A stretch of 64,000 nucleotides of DNA from the NCBI GenBank assembly GCA_949292985.1, contig CASFBF010000011.1, positions 2,450 through 66,449 of the forward strand, given 5' to 3'. The translations under genes were made by a program, and so were the position numbers. Positions 54,215 to 63,804 of the stretch are shown here, piece by piece. This stretch comes from an uncultured Bacillota bacterium. GTDB lineage: Bacteria > Bacillota > Clostridia > Christensenellales > UBA1242. The first letter of the stretch is position 1. Every line of letters starts with the position of its first letter. The notes beneath the pieces were generated by a model. That model had not been told where the DNA came from. It was given only the letters and a program-made list of their open reading frames with translations, and ran no database searches.

Positions 54215-55358
54215 CTTCTCCTGTTATTTCTTCAAGGTCATCAAAAGTTGCAAATGAATCATTTTCATCAAGGTCAACCAATTCATATTCAACTTCCTTA
54301 GGCTCTTCCACTACTTTACCAAGTGAACTTTCAGGTTTAACTTCAATTTTCCAACCAGTAAGTCTGGCAGCCAATCTAACATTTTGCCCGTTCTTTCCGA
54401 TTGCAAGTGAAAGTTTATCATCAGGCACAATCACTCTTGAAGCATTTAAACTTTCATTTGTTTCAACGCTGAGCACCTTAGCAGGGCTTAATGCTCTTGC
54501 AATATATTCAAGTGGATCATCACTGTAAAGAATTAAATCAATTTTTTCGCCATTAAGTTCTGAAACAATGGTGTTAATTCTTATACCATGATTTCCTACG
54601 CATGCACCTACTGGGTCGATATTGGCTTTTTCTGTGTAAATCGCAACTTTGGATCTGCTTCCTGGGTCTCTTGCAATGTTTTTAATTTTAACATCGCCAG
54701 AAGCGATTTCAGGAATTTCAAGTTCGAAAATTTTTCTTACGAAACCAATATTGCTTCGTGTAACTTGAATTTGAGGGCCACGGAAAGAATCTTTAATTTT
54801 CTTTACATAAACCTTAATTCTTTGCCCTACTTCATATTTCTCCCCTGGGATTTGGTCAGATGGAAGCATAATACCTTCCACATGAGAGCCTGAAATTTGA
54901 ACATAAACAGTGCCATTGTCAATACGCTTGATAATTGTTGTCAAAAGTTCGTCTTCTTTTTCTGAAATTTCAGCAACAGCCATATCTCTTTCAAATTCTT
55001 TAAGCCTTTGCATAACAACCTGTTTTGCCGTTTGTGCTGCAATTCTTCCAAAATCTTTGGTTGTTTCTTCTGTTGCAACAACATCACCAAGTTTGTAAGA
55101 TTTTTTAATCAATCTTGCCTCTTCAAGTGAAATTTCTTTATCTGGGTCAGCAACTTCGTCAACTACTGTTTTATAGGAATAAATTTTAATAGTATTTTTT
55201 TCTGGGTAAAGTTTAACGCTTGCACTCTTAGCCTCGCCATACATTTTTTTATAAGCAGAAGTTAAAGCAAATTCAAGTGCTTCAATAAATTTTTCCTTAT
55301 TTATTTTCTTTTCAACTTCTAAATCGTCTAATGCTTGAAAAAAGTCTTTGTTAATCAT
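54204..55358 (-). CDS. nusA: transcription termination/antitermination factor NusA
   Basis: 384-aa protein with NTD, S1 and two KH domains (GACVGNHGIRI, LAIGKNGQNVRLA) and an acidic tail. Confidence 0.97.
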   Translation of the reverse strand: MINKDFFQALDDLEVEKKINKEKFIEALEFALTSAYKKMYGEAKSASVKLYPEKNTIKIYSYKTVVDEVADPDKEISLEEARLIKKSYKLGDVVATEETTKDFGRIAAQTAKQVVMQRLKEFERDMAVAEISEKEDELLTTIIKRIDNGTVYVQISGSHVEGIMLPSDQIPGEKYEVGQRIKVYVKKIKDSFRGPQIQVTRSNIGFVRKIFELEIPEIASGDVKIKNIARDPGSRSKVAIYTEKANIDPVGACVGNHGIRINTIVSELNGEKIDLILYSDDPLEYIARALSPAKVLSVETNESLNASRVIVPDDKLSLAIGKNGQNVRLAARLTGWKIEVKPESSLGKVVEEPKEVEYELVDLDENDSFATFDDLEEITGEDDE

Positions 55359-55369
55359 GATTCTCTCCT

Positions 55370-55828
55370 TTAAAATTTTATAACTGGCACTATGTGCGCA
55401 ATTTTTTCTCGATTGAAATTTATTTCGCCATCATTATTTTTAATGGTTACTTCGCTGTCGTTAAAATTGATAAGTTCGCCCACAAACTTTTTCTTGCCGT
55501 CAACCTTTTGAAATAATGTAATTTCTATTTCATTGCCAAGGTTGTGTTTAAAATCTCTTTCAGTTTTAAGTGGTCGGTCAATTCCTGGTGAACTAACAGA
55601 AAGAATGTATGGCTTATCATCTGTTGGATTTAACTCGTCTAAAATTGGGTCTATTATTTTGTGAACTTTTTCACAGTCATCAATGGTTACTCCGTTTTCG
55701 TTATCGATTGTGAAAACAAGGTTCATTCCACTAGCCTCTTTTTGGTAGGTTACATCAACAAGTTCGTAGCCATGTTCTTCGATGATAGGTTGCAATTTTT
55801 GTTTGCAAACATCTTTTACTTTTATCAA
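55370..55828 (-). CDS. rimP: ribosome maturation factor RimP
   Basis: 152-aa protein (GYELVDVTY...LSVSSPGIDRPL), upstream of nusA. Confidence 0.93.
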   Translation of the reverse strand: MIKVKDVCKQKLQPIIEEHGYELVDVTYQKEASGMNLVFTIDNENGVTIDDCEKVHKIIDPILDELNPTDDKPYILSVSSPGIDRPLKTERDFKHNLGNEIEITLFQKVDGKKKFVGELINFNDSEVTIKNNDGEINFNREKIAHIVPVIKF

Positions 55829-55926
55829 TTTTTCCTCCTTCTACAAATGAAGTGGGCATCTCTGCCCACTCCCTAAATTTCTAGTCGTTATTATTATATC
55901 ACATTATTGCCATAAAATCAAGGATT

Positions 55927-57459
55927 TTAACTAATTTCGTTAAGTTTAAGAAGAACTTTTGCGGTTGCGAAAGCATCATTATACGCCCTATGAGCGTTTG
56001 AAAGGTCAATTCCTAGTGCCGCAGCCACACTTGTAAGTTTAAAATTGGAAGTTTTTAAACTACTGCCCCTTGCTAAAAGCATAACATCAATACTTTCGCT
56101 ATTAAATTTTAATCCCGCTTTTTGATACGCCCTTTTTAAGAAATTATTATCAAAGTTGTTATTGTTGTACCCTGAAATAATGCAGTTTTCACAGAATTTG
56201 TAAAAATCTAAAATCACATCTTCAATTTTAGGTGAAGACGCAACCATTTCATCTGTAATGTGGTTTATTGCACTTGCTTCTTCTGGAATAGGTTTGCCAG
56301 GATTAACGAAACTTGCAAATTTTTTTGTTATTTTCCCCTTCTCAATTTTAATTGCTCCAATTTCAATTATGTCACATGTTTCAGGGTCAAGCCCAGTGGT
56401 TTCAAGGTCATAAACAACTATATCGTTTGATGCAACTGGTTCTTTATAAGTTGGCTCTTTAACAAAAATATTTTCTTGCTTATGTTCAAAGTAATCTTCA
56501 ATAGGAACAACCCCTGCCCGCTCAATTTCCTCTTCAAATTGCTCTTCCAATGGTTGGGTTTTAATCTGTGCATATGTCATAGCGTTTATGTAATAAGTGA
56601 GTTTGTCAGATAAACCCATTTTTAAGTTGCCAAGGCAAAGAAAAGTCATGCCGTCTGCAATGGCGACGCATTTTTTTTCATTTGTTTTAGAACAAAAATA
56701 TACACATTCAACTTGATTACCGTCATTTAAATTAAAGGTGTAAAAAGTTTTTTCTTCACCTTTTCTTTTCCCACTTTTTGCAACAAAATTTTTCTTTTGC
56801 AAGTTATAAATTTTACCAAAAAGTATAACACTGCTTTTTGGAGTGGTGTTATTTTTAATGAGTTCCGGATTAGGTGAAATATCTTTACCGAACAATTTTT
56901 TTATTGGTTCAACTTCGTATCTAATCACCTTTTTTGGTGGAACTTTTATAACTACATCTGGAATTTTATCCGCTATGTTAAAACTGTTATCTTCAACCAC
57001 TTCTATGCTAAAATTAGCGATAAAATTGTCTTGAAGTTCGCCAAGAAGTTGTTTTTTTGCAAAAGTGTTATCAAACATTTGGAGAACTTCTTTGCACATA
57101 TGCAAAACTATTTTTACATCTTCGTTTTGTTTTTGAATTTCTATTTGATGTTCGCCAACTTGTGAAGAAATAGATTTATAATTTTGTTTAAGGAATTTTA
57201 AAATTTGAGTTTTTAACAATCTTTCATCTAAAAAACTTCGTTTAAATTTTACCTTTATTTTTGCGTTAATTTTTATATTTTCATTTGCAAACTTTTGCAA
57301 TTCAGCCCTAGTTTCATCATCAATTTGTTGAATACTTTCAGGATACAAAAAAGTTATCTCACATAAATTTTGCTTTTCGTCATATGTGACTTGGTATAAT
57401 TTTAAATATCCAAACTTACCATTTTGAAAACTAGCAAGTTTAATTGAAAACTCATCCAT
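55927..57459 (-). CDS. PolC-like N-terminal domain + OB fold + DnaQ-type 3'-5' exonuclease; no PHP or polymerase domains
   Basis: 510-aa protein. The N-terminal region and the OB segment (VILFGKIYNLQKKNFVAKSGKRKGEEKTFYTFNLNDGNQVECVYF) resemble PolC. Exo I VYDLETTG, Exo II GYNNNNFDNNFL and Exo III HRAYNDAFATAKV are present. It occupies the polC slot between rseP and rimP. Confidence 0.8.
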   Translation of the reverse strand: MDEFSIKLASFQNGKFGYLKLYQVTYDEKQNLCEITFLYPESIQQIDDETRAELQKFANENIKINAKIKVKFKRSFLDERLLKTQILKFLKQNYKSISSQVGEHQIEIQKQNEDVKIVLHMCKEVLQMFDNTFAKKQLLGELQDNFIANFSIEVVEDNSFNIADKIPDVVIKVPPKKVIRYEVEPIKKLFGKDISPNPELIKNNTTPKSSVILFGKIYNLQKKNFVAKSGKRKGEEKTFYTFNLNDGNQVECVYFCSKTNEKKCVAIADGMTFLCLGNLKMGLSDKLTYYINAMTYAQIKTQPLEEQFEEEIERAGVVPIEDYFEHKQENIFVKEPTYKEPVASNDIVVYDLETTGLDPETCDIIEIGAIKIEKGKITKKFASFVNPGKPIPEEASAINHITDEMVASSPKIEDVILDFYKFCENCIISGYNNNNFDNNFLKRAYQKAGLKFNSESIDVMLLARGSSLKTSNFKLTSVAAALGIDLSNAHRAYNDAFATAKVLLKLNEIS

Positions 57460-57468
57460 GGCTTAATT

Positions 57469-58593
57469 TTACAAGACAAAGTGCAAAATGTCAACTATAA
57501 TAACAAAAGCGAATAATATGCACAAGCCTATAAAATGAATCATATTTTCAACACTGCGTTTAATTGGTTTTTTGCGTATCCATTCAATAGTTGTAAATAG
57601 CACATGCGAGCCATCTAGCGCTGGAAAAGGAAGTATATTAAACACTGCCAAATTGGCGGAAATCATAGGAATTAAAATCAAAAGGTTTAGCCAACTCGTT
57701 TGTGTTGCTGATGCAATAGTTGTAATTGTTGTAATAGGCCCACCTATTGAACTTAGTGGCAATTGGAATGTTATTAACAGCCAAAGTGTTTTAAGCACAA
57801 CCCAAGCAAGGCCAAATGCAAATTCCCAACATCTGCCAAGCGCTTCACCAAATGAATAGACATACGGCGAATATGTTATTCCTAACAAATAGTTTTGTGA
57901 ATCAACGGTTGTTCCGTCATCTTTGTAGGAAACAACATAATTAAAATAAACATCAACTTCTTGCTGCTCACCGCCCCTACGAACAACAGCCTTGAAACTG
58001 TAATCGTTTATATCGCCTCCGTATTTAACCCACTGCTCGACTTCTGCTTGTTTTTGCGCTATTAAATTTTGGAAAGTTTCACCAAAAGCGAAATCTATTT
58101 CTATGCCGTCTATACTTAAAACCACATCGCCTTCTTCAAAGCCATGAGAGGTTATTTCAACTGTTTGGTTATTTTCGCCATTTACTGTTATGCTTGTGGT
58201 TCTTATTTGAGGCACATCATATCCAACTGTGCAAAGCAAAATGAGAGAAAACAAAACGGCGGTTAAAAAATTCATAAGCACGCCAGAAACAAAAACAATT
58301 ATTCTTTTCCATGGCTTTTGTGCGTTAAAAGCGTCTGGCTCTGGATGCTCAGCATCATCACCCTCACCTTTGAATGCACAATAACCGCCAAGCGGAAAAA
58401 TACGAATAGAAATTTTTTCTCCTCGCTTGTTGGTGCGTGAAAAGAGGGCTTTGCCAAACCCTATGGAAAATTCTTCAATTTTAAATTTCAAAATTCTTCC
58501 TGCAATGTAATGCCCGAGTTCATGAACCAGAACCATGAACAAAAGTATAACTATTGCAAGGATTACATAAAGAAATCCAGTTAAAAAACTCAT
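57469..58593 (-). CDS. rseP: RIP metalloprotease RseP/RasP (site-2 protease)
   Basis: 374-aa protein with HELGH in the first TM helix, a PDZ segment, and a C-terminal NILPFPALDG motif. Confidence 0.93.
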   Translation of the reverse strand: MSFLTGFLYVILAIVILLFMVLVHELGHYIAGRILKFKIEEFSIGFGKALFSRTNKRGEKISIRIFPLGGYCAFKGEGDDAEHPEPDAFNAQKPWKRIIVFVSGVLMNFLTAVLFSLILLCTVGYDVPQIRTTSITVNGENNQTVEITSHGFEEGDVVLSIDGIEIDFAFGETFQNLIAQKQAEVEQWVKYGGDINDYSFKAVVRRGGEQQEVDVYFNYVVSYKDDGTTVDSQNYLLGITYSPYVYSFGEALGRCWEFAFGLAWVVLKTLWLLITFQLPLSSIGGPITTITTIASATQTSWLNLLILIPMISANLAVFNILPFPALDGSHVLFTTIEWIRKKPIKRSVENMIHFIGLCILFAFVIIVDILHFVL

Positions 58594-58600
58594 TTTACCC

Positions 58601-59548
58601 CTAAATTAAAATAAAGCAAACAAAGGCTAAAAGTAAATAAGGCGCAACATAAATATATGAGTCAATTCTATCCAGCATACCACCATGGCCAGGCAAGATT
58701 TTACCACTGTCTTTTACATTTGCTTTACGCTTTAATAAAGATTCAAAAATATCCCCTGCCTGAGCAATTATAGAGCCCATAAATACTATAATTAAAAACT
58801 CCCAGATTGCAATATTGTTTATTACTGGATTGAAATAATCAATCGCACCTAAAATTAAGTATACACATGCCGAAATCAAAACGCAAAACAAAGTTCCGCC
58901 AATTGCGCCAGAAATTGTCTTATTTGGGCTAATTTTAGGAACAAGTTTTTTGCCACCGATAACCATACCGCACAGCATTGCAAAACTATCCGTAAACATT
59001 GGAATAAGGAATATAAACAAAATTATAAATAGTGAAAGTTTGCCATCAAAATCAGATATATTGCCAAACCCTATTTCATCAAAGTGATTTAAAAGCACCA
59101 TGAAAAGTAGTAAAAATGATGGATAAATTAAACCTAAAAAGGTGTTGAAAGACTTTTTAAGAGAAAACCTAGCAAATTTTTGGTCTTTTATATCCCTTAT
59201 TCTCATCTCATTTAAAGTTGTTTTTTTGAAAATGATACCAATTAAAAAACATAAAGCAAACATTAAAACAGCGATTGCCAAATCAATAAGTAAAACATAA
59301 CCTATATTTAATCCGAAATACATTCCCAAAACACTTGCCACAGTAACAAATGCTGGATAAGTTAATATAAATATAGAATTGTTTGCTTTACCCATTCTTG
59401 TTAAGAGCAAACTCATTTCATACGCTGCAATAGTTGCAATTATCATGAAAAATACATCAAAGAAATAAGCACTGACATACACCTCTAAAACAAATAGAAG
59501 CGCAATTGTCAAAACTATACATAAAGATGTAAGCAGTCTAGTTTTCAT
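58601..59548 (-). CDS. cdsA: phosphatidate cytidylyltransferase
   Basis: 315-aa polytopic protein with C-terminal signature SLLKRKANVKDSGKILPGHGGMLDRIDS. Confidence 0.93.
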   Translation of the reverse strand: MKTRLLTSLCIVLTIALLFVLEVYVSAYFFDVFFMIIATIAAYEMSLLLTRMGKANNSIFILTYPAFVTVASVLGMYFGLNIGYVLLIDLAIAVLMFALCFLIGIIFKKTTLNEMRIRDIKDQKFARFSLKKSFNTFLGLIYPSFLLLFMVLLNHFDEIGFGNISDFDGKLSLFIILFIFLIPMFTDSFAMLCGMVIGGKKLVPKISPNKTISGAIGGTLFCVLISACVYLILGAIDYFNPVINNIAIWEFLIIVFMGSIIAQAGDIFESLLKRKANVKDSGKILPGHGGMLDRIDSYIYVAPYLLLAFVCFILI

Positions 59549-60228
59549 TAGTATCCTCCAAATCGCCTTTTTCTTTTAGAAAAAACTTTAAGCGATTTTA
59601 TTAAATGTTTTTTATCAAAATCCGGCCATAAAACTTTTGGGAAATAAAGTTCTGAATATGCCATTTGCCAAAGCATGAAATTTGAAATTCGTTGTTCTCC
59701 ACTTGTGCGAACAACAAGGTCTGGGTTAGGATAATCTTTGGTGTAAAGATTGGAAGAAATCATATCTTTTGTAATATTTTTCTCGCCTTTACTCACAAGA
59801 TTATTGACCGCTTGTAAGATATCTTCCCGCCCACCATAGTTTATACAAAAACCAGCATGCAAGCCTGTGTTTTGCGCAGTTTTATCACAAACATTTTTCA
59901 TTATGTTTTGCAGTTTTTTAGAAAACGGAGTTCTATCTCCAAAAAAATCAACTTTAATATTGTATTTATTAAAAAACTCAACGCCTTTTTCAAAATATTC
60001 TTCTGCAAGATTGAAAAGCCCGCTAACTTCTTCTTCGCTCCGTTTCCAGTTGTCTGTGGAAAAAGCAAAAAACGAAGCATATGGAATATTTAACTCACAC
60101 AAAGCAATAAGTGTTTTTTCAATGGCCTTAACACCTTGCTTATGCCCTAAATTTCTAGGTAAGCCACGCCTTGTTGCCCAGCGCCCATTTCCATCAAGAA
60201 TAAATGCTATATGATTTGGATTTGCCAT
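59548..60228 (-). CDS. uppS: isoprenyl transferase (undecaprenyl diphosphate synthase)
   Basis: 226-aa protein: HIAFILDGNGRWA...FSTDNWKR...VRTSGEQRISNFMLWQ. Confidence 0.96.
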   Translation of the reverse strand: MANPNHIAFILDGNGRWATRRGLPRNLGHKQGVKAIEKTLIALCELNIPYASFFAFSTDNWKRSEEEVSGLFNLAEEYFEKGVEFFNKYNIKVDFFGDRTPFSKKLQNIMKNVCDKTAQNTGLHAGFCINYGGREDILQAVNNLVSKGEKNITKDMISSNLYTKDYPNPDLVVRTSGEQRISNFMLWQMAYSELYFPKVLWPDFDKKHLIKSLKVFSKRKRRFGGY

Positions 60229-60240
60229 TATCTCTCCTTG

Positions 60241-60810
60241 TCAGATTTCTAAAATTTCCTTTTCTTTTGTGGCAAACAATCCGTCTACTTTATCGGTGTA
60301 TTTATCAAGAAGTTTTTGAACATCACTTTCAAGTGAAGTAAATTTATCTTCTGATATTTCACCATTTTTCTTTTGGTCTTTTAAAAAGTCCATAACATCT
60401 CGTCTTGCAGAACGCATAGCAATTTTAGTATCCTCTGCAATTTTTTTAATTTGCTTAACAATTTCTTTTCTTCTTTCTTCATTAAGTTGAGGAAAAACAA
60501 GTCTGATTATTTTACCATCGTCAGTTGGAGTAATCCCAATGTCAGAAGCAGCGATTGCCTTGGAAACATTTTTAATTTGAGAAGCGTCCCAAACATTTAT
60601 GCACAGTACTCTTGCTTCTTGAACAGAAATGTTAGCAAGTTGCTTAATAGGTGTCGGCACACCATAATAATCTATTGAAATTTTATCTAATATATGCGGA
60701 TTTGCCCTGCCTGCGCGAATAACTAAATATTCATTATTTTGGTGAGTTAATGATTTATCTAACTCAGCCTCATAATCAAAAAATTTTTCGTCAATTAAAT
60801 CTTGATTCAT
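60241..60810 (-). CDS. frr: ribosome recycling factor
   Basis: 189-aa protein: RAGRANPHILDKISIDYYG...LNEERRKEIVKQ. Confidence 0.96.
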   Translation of the reverse strand: MNQDLIDEKFFDYEAELDKSLTHQNNEYLVIRAGRANPHILDKISIDYYGVPTPIKQLANISVQEARVLCINVWDASQIKNVSKAIAASDIGITPTDDGKIIRLVFPQLNEERRKEIVKQIKKIAEDTKIAMRSARRDVMDFLKDQKKNGEISEDKFTSLESDVQKLLDKYTDKVDGLFATKEKEILEI

Positions 60811-60860
60811 ACTATCTCCTTTAATGAATAGTATACAAAAAAATTTTCATTTTTCCAAAT

Positions 60861-60887
60861 AAAAAAACCTTGGATTTCCAAGGTTTT
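60861..60887 (-). terminator. intrinsic terminator after tsf
   Basis: The minus strand reads AAAACCTTGG-AAAT-CCAAGGTTTT followed by T run (7 T in total). Confidence 0.8.
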
Positions 60888-60891
60888 AAAA

Positions 60892-61542
60892 TTATTTTCC
60901 AGCCATTTGTTTTGCAATTTCCTCTGCAAAGTTTTCCTGACGCTTTTCAAGGCCTTCGCCCATTTCGTATCTTGTGAATCTGCGAACAGTAATTTTTTCA
61001 CCGATTGTTAGTGTTGCTTCATTCAAAACTGTTTGAATTGATTTAGAAGAATCTTTTACGAATTCTTGGTCTAACAAGCAAAAATCTTTGTAAAACTTAA
61101 CAACTCTTCCTTCAACCATTTTTTCAATGATGGCTTCTGGTTTGCCTTCATTTTTAGCCTGAGCACGAAGAATTTGTTTTTCTTGTTCAAGCACTTCTGC
61201 TGGCACTTCTTCTCTTGAAACATATTTAGGATTTGCAGCAGCAATTTGCATAGCGATGTCTTTAACAAGTGCGTTAAAAGCATCAGTTCTAGCAACGAAG
61301 TCAGTTTCACAGTTTACTTCAACCAAAACACCAATTTTGCCGCCCATGTGAATATATGAACCAACAACACCTTCGGAAGCAATTCTTCCTGATTTTTTAG
61401 AAGCAGCAGCCATACCTTTTTCTCTAAGCCATTGGGTTGCTTTTTCAAAATCTCCATCACACTCTGTGAGTGCTTTTTTGCAGTCCATCATTCCTGCATT
61501 TGTTCTTGCACGAAGTTCTGCAACATCTTTTGCTGTAAACAT
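60892..61542 (-). CDS. tsf: elongation factor Ts (short form)
   Basis: 216-aa protein: [37 protein letters not shown]. Confidence 0.96.
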   Translation of the reverse strand: MFTAKDVAELRARTNAGMMDCKKALTECDGDFEKATQWLREKGMAAASKKSGRIASEGVVGSYIHMGGKIGVLVEVNCETDFVARTDAFNALVKDIAMQIAAANPKYVSREEVPAEVLEQEKQILRAQAKNEGKPEAIIEKMVEGRVVKFYKDFCLLDQEFVKDSSKSIQTVLNEATLTIGEKITVRRFTRYEMGEGLEKRQENFAEEIAKQMAGK

Positions 61543-61545
61543 ACA

Positions 61546-62520
61546 TTATTCTCCTTTTGTTTCAGATTTTTTAGTTGTTTTTTTAGCAGGTTTTTCTTCT
61601 TCGCTTTTTTCTGATTTAGCCTTTTTAGGTTTTTCAGCAGGCTCTTGGGCTTTCTCTGCTTCTACTTCTGCTTTTTCTTCTGTTTTTTCAGATTTAGCAG
61701 GTTTTTTTGCAGGTTTCTTTTTAGGTGCTTTCTTTTCTTTGTCTTCTGGTTTAATATCTTCGATTGTGATTTCTTTCATCATCTCTTCCAAGTTAACCTC
61801 TTCTTCTGCACCAGCCTCTTCATCTTTCTTCATTGACACGCCTTCCTTAGCCTCAATTACGGCGTCTGCAATAGCCGAAGCAATAAGTTTTACAGAACGA
61901 ATTGCATCGTCATTGCCAGGAATAACATAATCAATTCCGCTTGGGTCGCAGTTGGTATCTACAAGACCAACCATAGGAATTTTAAGAGAAACTGCTTCAC
62001 GAACGCATATGTGTTCATTTGATGGGTCTACTACAAATATAACACCTGGCATTTCACGCATATCTTTAATTCCGCCCAAGTTCTTTTCAAGTTTATCCCT
62101 TTCTGCTTTAAGAGTAGCAACTTCTTTTTTAGGAAGAAGGTCAAACTCGCCCACTTTTTCCATTTGATTGAGTTTGTTTAATCTTTCAATCCTTTTTAAA
62201 ATTGTTTTAAAGTTTGTAAGAGTGCCACCAAGCCATCTAGAATTAACAAAGAACATTCCGCATCTTTCTGCTTCTTCTTTTACGGCTTCTTGTGCTTGTT
62301 TTTTTGTTCCTACAAAAAGAACATTTTTTCCCGAAGCAACAACATCACGAACAAAAACATATGCTTTATCGATTTGTTCGCTGGTTTTTTCAAGGTTAAG
62401 AATATGAATATCATTTCTAGCCATGAAGATGTAAGGTTTCATTTTAGGGTTCCACTTTCTTGTTTGGTGACCAAAATGAACGCCTGCTTCAAGAAGTTGT
62501 TTCATTGAAATAACCGACAT
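61546..62520 (-). CDS. rpsB: 30S ribosomal protein S2 with a C-terminal K/E/A/P-rich extension of about 95 aa
   Basis: 324-aa protein. The canonical S2 core runs from [22 protein letters not shown] to [11 protein letters not shown]. It is followed by EEAGAEEEV...[23 protein letters not shown]... Confidence 0.95.
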   Translation of the reverse strand: MSVISMKQLLEAGVHFGHQTRKWNPKMKPYIFMARNDIHILNLEKTSEQIDKAYVFVRDVVASGKNVLFVGTKKQAQEAVKEEAERCGMFFVNSRWLGGTLTNFKTILKRIERLNKLNQMEKVGEFDLLPKKEVATLKAERDKLEKNLGGIKDMREMPGVIFVVDPSNEHICVREAVSLKIPMVGLVDTNCDPSGIDYVIPGNDDAIRSVKLIASAIADAVIEAKEGVSMKKDEEAGAEEEVNLEEMMKEITIEDIKPEDKEKKAPKKKPAKKPAKSEKTEEKAEVEAEKAQEPAEKPKKAKSEKSEEEKPAKKTTKKSETKGE

Positions 62521-62664
62521 TGTTTTTTTCCTCCTTATTCGTTTTTAATCTTCCCCTTTCCGTTTTTGGCTCTCCTTAACAACCTGCACTTTTGACCCTA
62601 AAAGCACATAGGCAACAATAAGGAAATAGGATAAGGGTGCTTAGTTTGTCTCAATGACGAAAAG

Positions 62665-62693
62665 ATTATATCATATAAAAAAGTTTAATGCAA
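62665..62693 (-). promoter_or_regulatory. sigma-A-type promoter of the rpsB-tsf operon
   Basis: The minus strand has TTGCAT (62693-62688), a 17-nt spacer, then TATAAT (62670-62665). This leaves a 5' leader of about 140 nt before the rpsB ATG. Confidence 0.7.
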
Positions 62694-62702
62694 GCAAATA
62701 AC

Positions 62703-62730
62703 AAAAAAAGTTGTGGAATTAAACCACAAC
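62703..62730 (-). terminator. intrinsic terminator overlapping the secF stop codon
   Basis: The minus strand reads GTTGTGG-TTTAATT-CCACAAC followed by T7. The TAA stop (62719-62721) lies in the loop. Confidence 0.75.
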
Positions 62731-63804
62731 TTTATCATTTTCTTTACCATTTTGTTCTTTAATTTTCTTTCTCTTTTTAGGGTTATGTGCAATCGCCCAA
62801 AGTTCTGGTGCAATAAACACAGAAGAGTAAAAACTAACAATAACGCCTATGGCAATTGGTAAAGCAAAATCTCTTACATCAGTAACTGCGATAACAGCCA
62901 CAAGCGCAACAAGAATGAATGCTGTTAATGTTATAAAAACATTTCGTACCATAGTTTGCCTAACAGAGTCATTTACTATCATGCTGTTTGGCTTATTATC
63001 ATAAATTCCGCTTTTCTGGTTGTCTCTAATTCTGTTCATTATTAAAATATTGTTGAAAATTGAATATGCCATAACAGCAATAATTCCAACTACGAACGCA
63101 GGATTTATTGTAATTCTGAAAATGAGAGCCAAAGCGGTTGTAATTAAAACATCATGGAACAAAGCCAAAATGCAAGCGAAAGCAGTTGTAAAATCAAATC
63201 TAAACCCGATATAAATCATAACAAGAACCATAGCCACAACAAATGCGATGACTGCGGTGAAAATGAGTTGTGAACCCGCAGTTGGAGTAAATGTTCCAGT
63301 GTTTTCAACAGCGTTTTCAGCGTTTTCTATAACATCATAACCAAACTCGCTTAACAACTGTTGTTGAATTTTGCTGTTAAGTTGAATTATCTCTTGGCTT
63401 GTTGCGCCTTCTAAATTTTGATATTTAACAACAACAGCCTGTCCGCCATACACATCAAATTCTTGAATATCCATAGATGAAATTTGATATGAACTTGCAT
63501 ATAAACCGTTTTCTTCCAAAACCTTATTTATTTTGTCTTGAATTATTTTATAATCGCCTGAATCATTTGCGTCATACCCCTCTGCCCCTTCAATAGCATT
63601 ATCACTGTTGGTATAAATTGTCATAATAGAGCCACCAGTAAAATCTATGCCTGTTCTAAATCCAATTGTGCAAAACAAAACTATTGCAATCAAAAGGATA
63701 GCAATTGGAGCGATTAAAAACCACTTCATATTTTTGCAATAATCGAATTTTGATGAAGCAATCACTTCGTCAAAGGAAAGGCGGTTTTTATTGTACTTTT
63801 TCAT
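62719..63804 (-). CDS. secF: protein translocase subunit SecF
   Basis: 361-aa protein: GIDFTGGSIMTIY, a periplasmic insert, then six C-terminal TM helices. Its start overlaps the secD stop. Confidence 0.92.
   Translation of the reverse strand: MKKYNKNRLSFDEVIASSKFDYCKNMKWFLIAPIAILLIAIVLFCTIGFRTGIDFTGGSIMTIYTNSDNAIEGAEGYDANDSGDYKIIQDKINKVLEENGLYASSYQISSMDIQEFDVYGGQAVVVKYQNLEGATSQEIIQLNSKIQQQLLSEFGYDVIENAENAVENTGTFTPTAGSQLIFTAVIAFVVAMVLVMIYIGFRFDFTTAFACILALFHDVLITTALALIFRITINPAFVVGIIAVMAYSIFNNILIMNRIRDNQKSGIYDNKPNSMIVNDSVRQTMVRNVFITLTAFILVALVAVIAVTDVRDFALPIAIGVIVSFYSSVFIAPELWAIAHNPKKRKKIKEQNGKENDKVVV

Noticed and set aside
55842-55870. A hairpin AGTGGGCA-TCTC-TGCCCACT lies just upstream of the rimP RBS.
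   Set aside because: It has no U tract on the transcribed strand and there is only a single copy. It could be a processing or stability hairpin, but there is nothing to support a specific function.
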